A stretch of DNA of 64,000 nucleotides from NCBI GenBank assembly GCA_037138335.1, contig JBAXIO010000005.1, positions 93,088 through 157,087 of the forward strand, given 5' to 3'. The first letter of the stretch is position 1; the number at the start of each line of letters is the position of its first letter. This document shows positions 19,334 to 28,558 of this stretch, one piece after another. The notes under the pieces are model-generated. The model made no database searches. It was not told the origin of the DNA and worked only from the letters and a program-made list of their open reading frames with translations. The DNA comes from Bacteroidota bacterium (GTDB lineage Bacteria; Bacteroidota; Bacteroidia; Bacteroidales; FEN-979). The translations under genes and the position numbers were made by a program.

Positions 19334-20269
19334 ATGCAAAGATTCCGGTTGCTGTTGTTTCTTATCTCACTGTTTGCTTTGCGGATCGCTAACGCCCAGC
19401 AATACCCGGTTTTGGATGAGTACCGCATCAATCCGGGGATACTGGCTCCTTCATTCACCGGCATTTCTTCATTGTTCCAGGTATATCTGACCCAGAGAAA
19501 TGAATGGACAGGTATCCCGGGAGCTCCTGTAACCGGAGCTGTCAATATTGAAGGTACACCATATAAAAACATGGGTCTTGGGACAAACATCATGCTTAAC
19601 AAGGCAGGAATAGTCAGGTATTTCTCAGTAAATTTAAATTATGCCTACCACCTCCAGCTGGCAGCCGATCATTATCTTCATTTTGGTATCAGCCCTGGTT
19701 TGTACCAGAATTCAATCGACCTTTCAAACCTTATTCTTGTTGATGCGAATGATCCCATGGTCAATGCTTCCGGGAAAGCCACGGAAACCTATGTTAATTG
19801 CGGCGCAAGCCTGATGTATTCATTTAAAACCCTCAATGTCTGTGTTGGATTTCCCTACCTTTTCAATAACAGGTCCCTTTATCAGGAAACCCAGTATTCC
19901 AATTACCTAACAATGGGGACAAACTTCCAGGCGTATGCGAATTACCTTCTAATGTTTGGTAAGGATTGGGGAATGCAGTTTGATGTGCTTTATCGCAACA
20001 TGCAGGGCGCTCCATGGCTAATAGATGCAGGCCTGATGATTAAATACAGGGAAAGTTTCTGGCTTGGCCTCCTTTACCGCAGGGGAAACACCATAGTGGC
20101 AAATGCCGGGTTCAGCATCGCAAATTCTTTCATTTTAGGATATAACTACGAATTTTCAGGCAGTGCAATGATGGGAAAAAGCGGAGGTACCCACGAAATT
20201 ACACTGGGTTATGTACTACAGGGAAAAAAGCAGAAAAAAGCTGCTCCATTAAAGATTAAAGACTATTGA
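19334..20269 (+). CDS. PorP/SprF-family type IX secretion system membrane protein
   Basis: Signal peptide, then AQQYPVLDEYRINPGILAPSFTG (family N-terminal signature); about 310 aa beta-barrel-like sequence; sits directly after a type B CTD cargo gene. Confidence 0.75.
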   Translation: MQRFRLLLFLISLFALRIANAQQYPVLDEYRINPGILAPSFTGISSLFQVYLTQRNEWTGIPGAPVTGAVNIEGTPYKNMGLGTNIMLNKAGIVRYFSVNLNYAYHLQLAADHYLHFGISPGLYQNSIDLSNLILVDANDPMVNASGKATETYVNCGASLMYSFKTLNVCVGFPYLFNNRSLYQETQYSNYLTMGTNFQAYANYLLMFGKDWGMQFDVLYRNMQGAPWLIDAGLMIKYRESFWLGLLYRRGNTIVANAGFSIANSFILGYNYEFSGSAMMGKSGGTHEITLGYVLQGKKQKKAAPLKIKDY

Positions 20270-20271
20270 AA

Positions 20272-23200
20272 ATGATTAGAAAAGGGATGCAATATATTCT
20301 TCTGTTAATTGTTGCTTCTGCGATGCTCCTGCCTTCAGCCGGAATCAGCCAGAATGCTACAAAAAGGGGAGGTATTGGCTTCAGAATAGACGAAAATCCG
20401 CCCATCAGCAAAGTCCATTCCTACGATTCCCTGTTGTCGAAATACGGGCAAAAGTATTCCTTCGCCATCACTTCATATGTGCTTCCGCTGGTACCTCAAT
20501 ATGTTGATACCTTAAAAGCATTATCACTCCGCGGCATCGAACTAATGGACAATACCCCGACCCACGCCACCCAGTTTTTAAATGTGTTAAATTATCAGGA
20601 TACAAATTTGTTCAGCAAGAAACCCGGGGTTGATCATATCAATGGCCAGAAAGTTTGCCTTAAATACTCTGCCTACGATACAACACATTCTCATGGAGAA
20701 GGCTTTATTAATGTTTTCGGGAACAAAGTTATCAGCTATGAACCAGGTGAATTTCATGACCTGCTTTCACCCTCAGCCTATTTCGCGATTTATCTTGGTC
20801 ATCCTGTCGACAGTTTATGTTTGTTTTATAATGTTCAATCTGTCAATACCTCTGATCCCGATACGCTTTATCTCAGGTCATTCTGGGATGAAACTAAAAA
20901 CTTTTCAGATCATTGGCATTTCCTTTACCACAAGATTCAGAATATTAATGTTGTTATGCATGATTCGGCTGTAAAGATCCTGGGTAAACGATCCCTTGAT
21001 ATATTTGATTCCCTGCATCTTCCCCGGCCATACACCTGGATCCATCCCGATGGGGCCTATCCCTGGATCAGCTCGTTGAAATTACAGGCAAGCCTTGGCG
21101 TTAAACTTGGGTTTCAGCAATCCACTTCCTTTATTAATCCATCCTTGTTTTGTTATAACGAATTTGACCCGGGTAAAAACAAACAGTTTGCAATAAACAG
21201 CGAAGCCTTGTCAATGGAAAGTACAAGCTTCAGATCCAATTCCCATATAATCGCGGAAGCTATTGCTAAACATTATGTTCTTTTTGATGTTGCAAGACTG
21301 ACTAATTCATACGGGGGGTGGAATGCATATCTTCACCGCATGGACAGCCTGATGGTCTGGTGTTCCTCAAACAACATACCGATCAGGACATACTCCCAGT
21401 GGAAAGCCTTGCTTTACGACAGTGTTGCGCAAAAGGTAGTAAACATCTTTCCGAAACTGGACGTTGATCTGGATCATAATGGATGGCCTGATGGATTTGA
21501 TGATGACACCCTTAACATACATGGCAGATTTGATCCGTCGGACGGAGCCCCGTCAAGCAGCGGGAAGAGCTTTAAAATAGAAGGAGGGGGGACGATCTGC
21601 AAGGTTACAGGTCTTGCCGGGCTTGAGAAAAGATCGAATAAGTTTACCATTTATACAAAATGCCTGAGGAACCACCCCAGCAATATACAGGTTGAAGTAA
21701 GCTTCCCCGGGTTCAGCCAAACTCAAACGCTTGAAATAAAATCAGACTCAACAGTATGGATGCCCTATTCAAAAACTGTTAACGTCCCGGATTCGGCCAA
21801 TATTGCAAATTTCACTATCACTCATGACACAGCTTTTCATGACACGGTTAAGGTCAGCGGTTTTGACTTCCGCTCCTCAGGTTTCTTAAATAAATCCAGG
21901 TATCCTCTCCAGGAGGAAACAGCCAACGTACAATTCCCTCCCATCAATATGAACGATCTTGTTATTGCGTCAGTTTATGACCCATTAACTATATCATGGA
22001 CATTCAAGGGAAATCATTCCATGAGGTTTTCAGTCGATACGGCAGGTTTAATGAAAAGCCTCAAACCAACTTCTTTCTGGATAGGAAGAGACAGTGTGTT
22101 TGCAATTGCTCATAGCCAGGATGGCGCTGTCGACAGCTGCTTTTTCAGATTCAGGTCAGATAGCATACCCGCTGCATGTGCAGGCGGAAGCATTAACATT
22201 TCAATACTCGATACCATTACAGGCTCTGATTATATTGTTTGGACTTCCAGTCCGTATGATTCGACCATGACTGACACCACCATCTTTAACCCAACAGTTT
22301 CTCCCAAAATTTCGACCTTATACCGGGTTAAAGTATATAACATCCTTGGAAACATTGTCCGCGACAGCATTTATATCATCAGGCACCCAATCCCGGTACC
22401 CGGGCTTTTTAAGGACTCAACAATTTGCAGGGGAGATTCCATTGTCCTTCATGCACTGGAAGGAACCAGCTTCCTATGGAGTACGGGAGATACAACGGCT
22501 TCAATAAAAGTAAGGCCTGATTCCCTTACAAGGTATACCGTCCATGTTACAACTCAATGGGATTGTTCTGCGGATGATACGACCCTGATCCATGTTGCCC
22601 CCGTTCCGAATGTGAAACTGTCAGGGCTTCTTCCGCAATATTGTGCAAATGATGACTCGTGTTATTTGTTGAAAGGCGAACCCGGTGCTCCTCCGGGAAT
22701 TTATGGAGGAAGTTCAGGTGTAAGAGGGAGCCAGTTCTGCCCTAAATATGCAAGGCCTGGTAAAGATACAGTCTGGTATAAGGAGACAAGCCACCAGGGT
22801 TGTTCCAATACAGCTACCTTGTATGTAAATGTAAATGCCCTTCCGGTTATACCGAAATTACACGACACCATCCTGTGCGCGAATAAAAGCATATACCTGG
22901 ATGGAGGAACCGGAGCTGATAATTACTTATGGTCAAACGGAGATACGACCCAGTTCACAGTGATAAATTATAAAGATTATGGCCTGGGGCAGTTCATAGT
23001 TGGGGTTTATGCTACAAAAGCGGGTTGTGTTTCAAAGGATACAACTTTGATCAGTTTTATTAAATGCCCCGACGGAATTCACGATTTGTCAGGCGATGGA
23101 CAATTTGCGGTATATCCAAATCCTTTCAATGAAAGTATAGGCATACTGATGAAAGACCAGGCTGGTGAAGGAGATAATGCCAGTTTGCTCGATCTCAGAG

Positions 23201-23334
23201 GAGAACTGGTTGCTTCATGCCCCATAAAGGACAAAACCACTTCACTTGCTGTTTCTGATATAAAAACAGGTGTTTACATATTGCTCGTGAAGCATAACAA
23301 CAGGCAGTATTATTTAAAAGTGGTGAAGCTCTGA
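20272..23334 (+). CDS. Large secreted protein with Ig-like repeats and a type A T9SS C-terminal sorting domain; N-terminal domain of unknown function
   Basis: Signal peptide. Repeated modules C.GDSI.L.A..G..FLWSTGDTT / YLWSNGDTT. C-terminus FAVYPNPFNESIGILM...GVYILLVKHNNRQYYLKVVKL. Track start TTG 20266 overlaps the porP-like stop; I used ATG 20272. Confidence 0.7.
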   Translation: MIRKGMQYILLLIVASAMLLPSAGISQNATKRGGIGFRIDENPPISKVHSYDSLLSKYGQKYSFAITSYVLPLVPQYVDTLKALSLRGIELMDNTPTHATQFLNVLNYQDTNLFSKKPGVDHINGQKVCLKYSAYDTTHSHGEGFINVFGNKVISYEPGEFHDLLSPSAYFAIYLGHPVDSLCLFYNVQSVNTSDPDTLYLRSFWDETKNFSDHWHFLYHKIQNINVVMHDSAVKILGKRSLDIFDSLHLPRPYTWIHPDGAYPWISSLKLQASLGVKLGFQQSTSFINPSLFCYNEFDPGKNKQFAINSEALSMESTSFRSNSHIIAEAIAKHYVLFDVARLTNSYGGWNAYLHRMDSLMVWCSSNNIPIRTYSQWKALLYDSVAQKVVNIFPKLDVDLDHNGWPDGFDDDTLNIHGRFDPSDGAPSSSGKSFKIEGGGTICKVTGLAGLEKRSNKFTIYTKCLRNHPSNIQVEVSFPGFSQTQTLEIKSDSTVWMPYSKTVNVPDSANIANFTITHDTAFHDTVKVSGFDFRSSGFLNKSRYPLQEETANVQFPPINMNDLVIASVYDPLTISWTFKGNHSMRFSVDTAGLMKSLKPTSFWIGRDSVFAIAHSQDGAVDSCFFRFRSDSIPAACAGGSINISILDTITGSDYIVWTSSPYDSTMTDTTIFNPTVSPKISTLYRVKVYNILGNIVRDSIYIIRHPIPVPGLFKDSTICRGDSIVLHALEGTSFLWSTGDTTASIKVRPDSLTRYTVHVTTQWDCSADDTTLIHVAPVPNVKLSGLLPQYCANDDSCYLLKGEPGAPPGIYGGSSGVRGSQFCPKYARPGKDTVWYKETSHQGCSNTATLYVNVNALPVIPKLHDTILCANKSIYLDGGTGADNYLWSNGDTTQFTVINYKDYGLGQFIVGVYATKAGCVSKDTTLISFIKCPDGIHDLSGDGQFAVYPNPFNESIGILMKDQAGEGDNASLLDLRGELVASCPIKDKTTSLAVSDIKTGVYILLVKHNNRQYYLKVVKL

Positions 23335-23335
23335 C

Positions 23336-24664
23336 CTATCCGATATCAAGCGTATCGATCACATCAGTGAGTTCCTTGGGCCTGTAGGGCTTAGCAAGGT
23401 ATTCATCCATTCCTGCCGAAATACATTTTTCCCGGTCGGTCATTATTACATGGGCCGTTACCGCTATTATTTTTATCGGAGGCCTGGCATTTACAGGGTC
23501 TTTCTCCCTTTGCTCTTTCTCGAAATTCCTGATTATATGCGTGGATTCCAGGCCGTCCATAATAGGCATGGCAATATCCATAATGATCAGATCATAATGC
23601 TTATCCCGGAATTTCTCAAAAGCGATTTTACCGTTTTCTGCTATCTCAACCTGGTGCCCCGACCGGGTAAGTGTTGTAGCGGCAAATTTCTGATTTAAAA
23701 TATTGTCCTCAACCAGCAATATCATTAACGGCCTGCTTTTCTTTACTTTATTTTGTTTCTGGCTGATGTTATTCCTGAAAGCTTCAATATCACCGGCTTC
23801 GTATAATAAGGTAAACCAGAATGTAGAACCAATGTCTTTTTTACTTGTCACGCCGATTTTACCCCTCATCAGGTCGATGAGGTTCTTTGAAATAGATAAG
23901 CCTAATCCGGTACCTTCAAATTGCTTTATCAACGGGCTGTCCAATTGGGCATATTCCTGGAACAAATCGGCTTGTTCATCCTCAGGGATACCCACCCCTG
24001 TGTCGGTAACTTCAAATTTCAACAGGACAAAACCCGGGGGAAGAGAATTCATAGAGTATACTTCTTCAGGAAGGTACTCGGTAAGTCTCAGGTCATCAAG
24101 CCTGTTAACATCAAGGATCTCAACAGATGCTACAACCGAACCTTCAAGGGTGAATTTTAATGCGTTGTTTGTAAGGTTGACAAGTATCTGATGCAGGCGT
24201 ACGGCATCCCCGATAATACATTCCGGCACCGCCGATTGGATCCTGTAAGAAAGTTCAATCCCCTTGCCCTTTGCCCTTAGCGACAACATCTTGATCACCT
24301 GATGGATTTCCTCGTGAAGCAGGAAAGGTTTGTTTTCAAGCTTAAGCTGCCCTGCTTTTATCTTGGAAAAATCAAGAATGTCATTGATGATAGCCAGCAG
24401 GTTATGGCTTGAGATGTTAATGACCTCAAGGAGTTCACGCTGCTCGGGACTCAGGTTTGTCTGGTCGAGAATATTGTAAATCCCAATGATGCTGTTCATA
24501 GGTGTCCTGATCTCATGGCTCATATTTGCCAGGAAGATGGTCTTGGTACGATCGGCATCGTAGGCTCTGATCTTTGCTTTTTCAAGGTCTTTGAGGGCCT
24601 GGTTATAATTAACTTCAAGTTCCTTTAAACGTAATTCGATTTCAGTTGCTTTTAATTCATCCAT
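23336..24664 (-). CDS. Soluble hybrid sensor histidine kinase/response regulator with no recognisable sensor domain
   Basis: About 45 aa of coiled coil, then H-box FLANMSHEIRTPMNSIIG, N-box LTNNALKFT, G1 DTGVGI, G2 GTGLGLSISK. Receiver: LLVEDN...DLIIMDIAMPIMDG...AVTAH...YLAKP. Confidence 0.85.
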   Translation of the reverse strand: MDELKATEIELRLKELEVNYNQALKDLEKAKIRAYDADRTKTIFLANMSHEIRTPMNSIIGIYNILDQTNLSPEQRELLEVINISSHNLLAIINDILDFSKIKAGQLKLENKPFLLHEEIHQVIKMLSLRAKGKGIELSYRIQSAVPECIIGDAVRLHQILVNLTNNALKFTLEGSVVASVEILDVNRLDDLRLTEYLPEEVYSMNSLPPGFVLLKFEVTDTGVGIPEDEQADLFQEYAQLDSPLIKQFEGTGLGLSISKNLIDLMRGKIGVTSKKDIGSTFWFTLLYEAGDIEAFRNNISQKQNKVKKSRPLMILLVEDNILNQKFAATTLTRSGHQVEIAENGKIAFEKFRDKHYDLIIMDIAMPIMDGLESTHIIRNFEKEQREKDPVNARPPIKIIAVTAHVIMTDREKCISAGMDEYLAKPYRPKELTDVIDTLDIG

Positions 24665-24668
24665 AAAA

Positions 24669-26084
24669 TCAAAACTTATTCAGTTGGTTCTTCATTATTG
24701 AATATAACTGCTGCTGGTTAATTGGTTTTGAAATATAATCATCAAAACCGGCTTCGAGCAGTTTTTCGCGGTCCCCGGCCATTGCATAAGCAGTTTGGGC
24801 GATAAAGGGAATGGAATTATATTGCTTCCAGTTCTTACGTATCTCATGCATCAGTTTTACACCATCCCAGGGAGGAGGAAGGTTAATATCAAACAGCATA
24901 ATATCAAAGAACCTGTTCTCGGCAGCCTTTTCTTTAATTATTTTCAGGGTTTCGTCTCCATTAACGGCTGCAATGACTGTGCCAAGCGACTTGGTCATCT
25001 CGGTCAGCACCAGCTTGTTCATCATGTCATCTTCAACAATAAAGATGTCGAGGTTGTGAAGACCCCTGGCCTTCTTTTTTTGTTCCTGTGATGAGGGTGC
25101 CGATTCCTGGGAGTACGCATCCCGGGTCCGTAAAAAAAGTGTTACTGTAGTTCCAACACCCTTCTCTGACTGGATTTCCAATATCCCCTGCATCATCTCA
25201 AGAAGACTTTTAGCAAGCGGCAAACCAAGGCCGGTACCCTTACCCTCTTTTGAGAACCCTGTTGTCTCGCTTTTAAACGGGGCAAGAAGCTCGGGTATGA
25301 ATGCAGGATCAATTCCCGTTCCGGTATCTTTAATGCGGATGGAAACCATGTCCCTTTCTTTATGAAAATCGGTTGAGATATTGATGAAGCCCTGTTCCGT
25401 GAATTTTATGGAGTTATCAAGTACGATACTGAGAGCTTTGGACAGTCCTGCTTCGTCGGCAAGTCCTTCGGGGATATCTCCCGGTTTAAAATTCAGCTTA
25501 AGCTTTTTCTTGTTAGACTGAAAAAGATGCACCTGGATGCTATTTGCGACGATCCCGTTTACCGAGCAGGGGATGGGTTTAAGAGTAAAATCGTTTGACT
25601 CGACCCTGCTGATATCAATAATGTTATTCAGCAAGTGAAGCAGCCTGTCACCGCTTTCCAGAACGGCGTGGGCATAATCAAACAATTCCTTGTTCTCAAT
25701 AACCGAAAGCTCGGCTTCAAGCAGGCTTGCAAAACCTATAATGTTGTTCAGAGGGGTCCTGATCTCTGAACTCACGTTAGAAAGAAAAGAGTTGAGAAGG
25801 AAATTTGCATCTTCAGCTTTTTTTAAAGCTTTCTTCAAAATCATATCCCTGTCCCTTTTCTCGTCATACTCTTCTTTAATAACGAGTGTTCTCTCGATAA
25901 CCTGGTTGTCGATCCCGGCTTCATATTCCCTTAACTTTGCAAGGGCATTCTGAAGCTCCCTGTCCTTACTTTTAAATTTATTTTCTAAATCTGCTGATTT
26001 ATTCCTGGCCTTGATGTTCTGGAAAACTGCAATTACAATCAGCAAGCCCGATAAAATGGCAAGAAAAATGCTTAATGAGTTCAT
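24669..26084 (-). CDS. Membrane-anchored hybrid kinase-like protein/response regulator whose H-box has Ser in place of the phospho-acceptor His
   Basis: One N-terminal TM helix, coiled coil, H-box FLSNVSSEIRTPLNNIIG (Ser106, codon at 25767-25769, where HEIRTP is expected). Intact N-box LDNSIKFT, G1 DTGTGI, G2 GTGLGLPLAK. Receiver: FIVEDD...IMLFDINLP...AQTA...YISKP. Confidence 0.8.
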   Translation of the reverse strand: MNSLSIFLAILSGLLIVIAVFQNIKARNKSADLENKFKSKDRELQNALAKLREYEAGIDNQVIERTLVIKEEYDEKRDRDMILKKALKKAEDANFLLNSFLSNVSSEIRTPLNNIIGFASLLEAELSVIENKELFDYAHAVLESGDRLLHLLNNIIDISRVESNDFTLKPIPCSVNGIVANSIQVHLFQSNKKKLKLNFKPGDIPEGLADEAGLSKALSIVLDNSIKFTEQGFINISTDFHKERDMVSIRIKDTGTGIDPAFIPELLAPFKSETTGFSKEGKGTGLGLPLAKSLLEMMQGILEIQSEKGVGTTVTLFLRTRDAYSQESAPSSQEQKKKARGLHNLDIFIVEDDMMNKLVLTEMTKSLGTVIAAVNGDETLKIIKEKAAENRFFDIMLFDINLPPPWDGVKLMHEIRKNWKQYNSIPFIAQTAYAMAGDREKLLEAGFDDYISKPINQQQLYSIMKNQLNKF

Positions 26085-26090
26085 CTTTAG

Positions 26091-26897
26091 TTATTTATAA
26101 GCAATATATAAATCTTCATCCGGATTTATGGCATACCTGTCAAGCTCTATAGGCCATTTGTCACGGTATGGGTTATGCCGCTTAACAACAAACCCTCCTT
26201 TTTCAAGCCTGCTTTGATAATCCTGCCCGTAAATCCTTACATGATCATATTGTCCGAAAATCTTCTCCCTCTGTTCAGGTGTTTTTACCGAAGGATCTTC
26301 AAATGATTTCTCGAGAATCTTCGAAATCGGAACCTGCAATATAGCCCAGCCCCCGGGTTTTAACACGCGGTGCAGTTCGCCTATGGCTTTCATGTCGTCT
26401 TCGATATGTTCAAGAACATGATTGCAAATAATGATATCGAAAACCTCATCTTCGAATTTAAGGCTCGTAATATCCAGGGTATTTGTAGTCCTTTCGTAAT
26501 AAAAACCTTCATGGTATTTCATTCCCGCCTCATAAGAGATATTTGGCAAACGGTTAAGCATTGCCCTGATGCAGCCTTCGGGGGCAACATGGAAAACCTT
26601 TAAGGGTGCCGAAAGAATGTTTGTTTTTTGGCTGAGGAAAAGATATACCAGGCGGTCGCGGTCAAGGGAATGGCAACGCGGGCAAACGTCATTCAGACGA
26701 TATCCGGCTCCAACAATCTGTTTTTCGTAGATTACCGGCAGGTCAATACCCCCGGGGCGGAATTTCCGGAAAGAATATCCGCAATAGGGGCAGTAATATA
26801 CATCACCGCGCAGAATGATCGCAGAAGCCTTCTGATAGGCTCCTCTGAGCTTTTTTGCAAGCCAGAAAGGTATTAGTTTCTTCAGGGCTGGTTTCAT
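26091..26897 (-). CDS. Class I SAM-dependent methyltransferase with an N-terminal Cys4 zinc-ribbon-like segment
   Basis: CPYCGYSF...CPRCHSLDRDR, then the methyltransferase fold FDIIICNHVLEHIEDD...LKPGGWAILQVP. Confidence 0.75.
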   Translation of the reverse strand: MKPALKKLIPFWLAKKLRGAYQKASAIILRGDVYYCPYCGYSFRKFRPGGIDLPVIYEKQIVGAGYRLNDVCPRCHSLDRDRLVYLFLSQKTNILSAPLKVFHVAPEGCIRAMLNRLPNISYEAGMKYHEGFYYERTTNTLDITSLKFEDEVFDIIICNHVLEHIEDDMKAIGELHRVLKPGGWAILQVPISKILEKSFEDPSVKTPEQREKIFGQYDHVRIYGQDYQSRLEKGGFVVKRHNPYRDKWPIELDRYAINPDEDLYIAYK

Positions 26898-26916
26898 CTT
26901 TTTGTCAGTTGCATAA

Positions 26917-28539
26917 TTAAAACGTACCGGCGTAAATTTTCCTGTTCACCGATCGTGCGCCAAAGCGAAAAATGCAAATATAACAGGCATCCTCAAGTCT
27001 TCCAATAAATTTCTCAATTTCGACAGGGCCCGGGCCTGATACCGAATTGCATAGGGTTGAAATATGTTCCCCCTTCAGGGAATATAAATCTGCCGAAAGA
27101 GACTCCCTCTCTTCGAGTCTTAAACTTATCTTCATCACCCCCGATACAAGGCAGCAACGGATGATCTCCAAACCAGGCGCCTCGGCGTTTTCATTTATAA
27201 AAAGAAGCGATGAATCATGGCATTCAAATGCGCCGATGTCATATTTCCACGGCCACGGCCTGAACCTGCCTATTATATCAGTGTTCAATGGCAATCCGGA
27301 AACTGCCGAACCTTTATTAACAGCAGGGGAGGAAGGCTGGAGGTCATAATTATCTGCGGAAGGATTAATGAACTTTACATCGCTGACTGCGGCAACCTGC
27401 AAATTGTCCTGTTGGACAAGCGTTGTTCCGGGAGCAAGTTTAATATATGAACCCGGCACATCAGCGATAATATTGTCCGATGCCACACTGTTTAACGCCG
27501 AGGTACTCCTGAAATCGATACCGTTCGTCCTGGGCGAAACAATGGTATTGAAAACGATCTGATAGCCCCTGCCTGCAGCCGGGGTTTGCGTTCCAATATA
27601 GATGCCGTGTTTCTGTCCTGAACCGCTGAAATTCTTCCCGGGATTCACAATAAGATTATTATAAATATAGTTTCCACCCTGTCCCAGTTCATCAATGCCA
27701 TCGCCCTTTCCGTCCTTTATAAAGTTTGAGAAACAATTGCATGACGATCCGCCTCCAAGCAAAAAGCCGCTCATTTGCCCGCTTGCTTCGCTTTGGCTGT
27801 CAAGGTGAATAAAGTTATTATTTACAAAGCAGGCTGAATCTGCGCAGGAAACCTGTATCCCGTCCCATCCGGTATTTTCAACCCGGTTATTATAAATTCT
27901 CAGTCCGCGAATAAGGTGTGGGTATACCAGGGTATCTTTTCCATTGCAATGTATTGTATAGCCGCTGAAGTATGAATGCCCTATATACATGCCTTCATCA
28001 GCAATATTATGAAGATAATTATCATGGATGCTGATGTTCCTCATGATAAAATTACCCCTTGTTGACTTGAAACTGCAATCGGGATCAGTCTTTGCGACAA
28101 TCCCGGTCCAGGAAGCCGCAGATATTTCCACCCCTGCAACTTCAATGCATGAGCTTAATCCCTGTATTGCCACCCCTGCATTGACAACGCTGATAACAAA
28201 TCCATAAGAGCCCGGATCAGCTGTTCCGATGCACCTGATCCAGGAGCAGGTATCGAATTTTATGCCGTAGTTTGAGTTTGTTAAAATCACAATCCCGCCA
28301 AGATTCTGAACAAGGATAGGTTTTGCAGAGGTGCCATGAAGGCTGCGCAGTAATATATATTGACGGGTTGATGCAGAAATATAGATCGTATCACCGGGTT
28401 TCACGGCTGATGCATTGCCCCGCCCGTCTATTACCGGTTTGTCGGGACCGAAGATGAACTGCGTGGCAAACGCCAGGTCAGGAGATAAAACCGTGAGGAT
28501 GACGGCAAGTAAAAAAAGAATATGTTGCTTCTGTTTCAT
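26917..28539 (-). CDS. Secreted right-handed parallel beta-helix repeat protein (possible polysaccharide lyase/hydrolase/epimerase), possibly with a T9SS CTD
   Basis: Signal peptide. Periodic N/G/I-rich repeats (IHDNYLHNI, IYNNRVENTGWDGIQV, VNNNFIH, IYNNLIVNPG). C-terminal about 90 aa (LSADLYSLKGEHISTL...) resembles a type A sorting domain. Confidence 0.55.
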   Translation of the reverse strand: MKQKQHILFLLAVILTVLSPDLAFATQFIFGPDKPVIDGRGNASAVKPGDTIYISASTRQYILLRSLHGTSAKPILVQNLGGIVILTNSNYGIKFDTCSWIRCIGTADPGSYGFVISVVNAGVAIQGLSSCIEVAGVEISAASWTGIVAKTDPDCSFKSTRGNFIMRNISIHDNYLHNIADEGMYIGHSYFSGYTIHCNGKDTLVYPHLIRGLRIYNNRVENTGWDGIQVSCADSACFVNNNFIHLDSQSEASGQMSGFLLGGGSSCNCFSNFIKDGKGDGIDELGQGGNYIYNNLIVNPGKNFSGSGQKHGIYIGTQTPAAGRGYQIVFNTIVSPRTNGIDFRSTSALNSVASDNIIADVPGSYIKLAPGTTLVQQDNLQVAAVSDVKFINPSADNYDLQPSSPAVNKGSAVSGLPLNTDIIGRFRPWPWKYDIGAFECHDSSLLFINENAEAPGLEIIRCCLVSGVMKISLRLEERESLSADLYSLKGEHISTLCNSVSGPGPVEIEKFIGRLEDACYICIFRFGARSVNRKIYAGTF

Positions 28540-28558
28540 AATCAGGATTAAATTTCAT

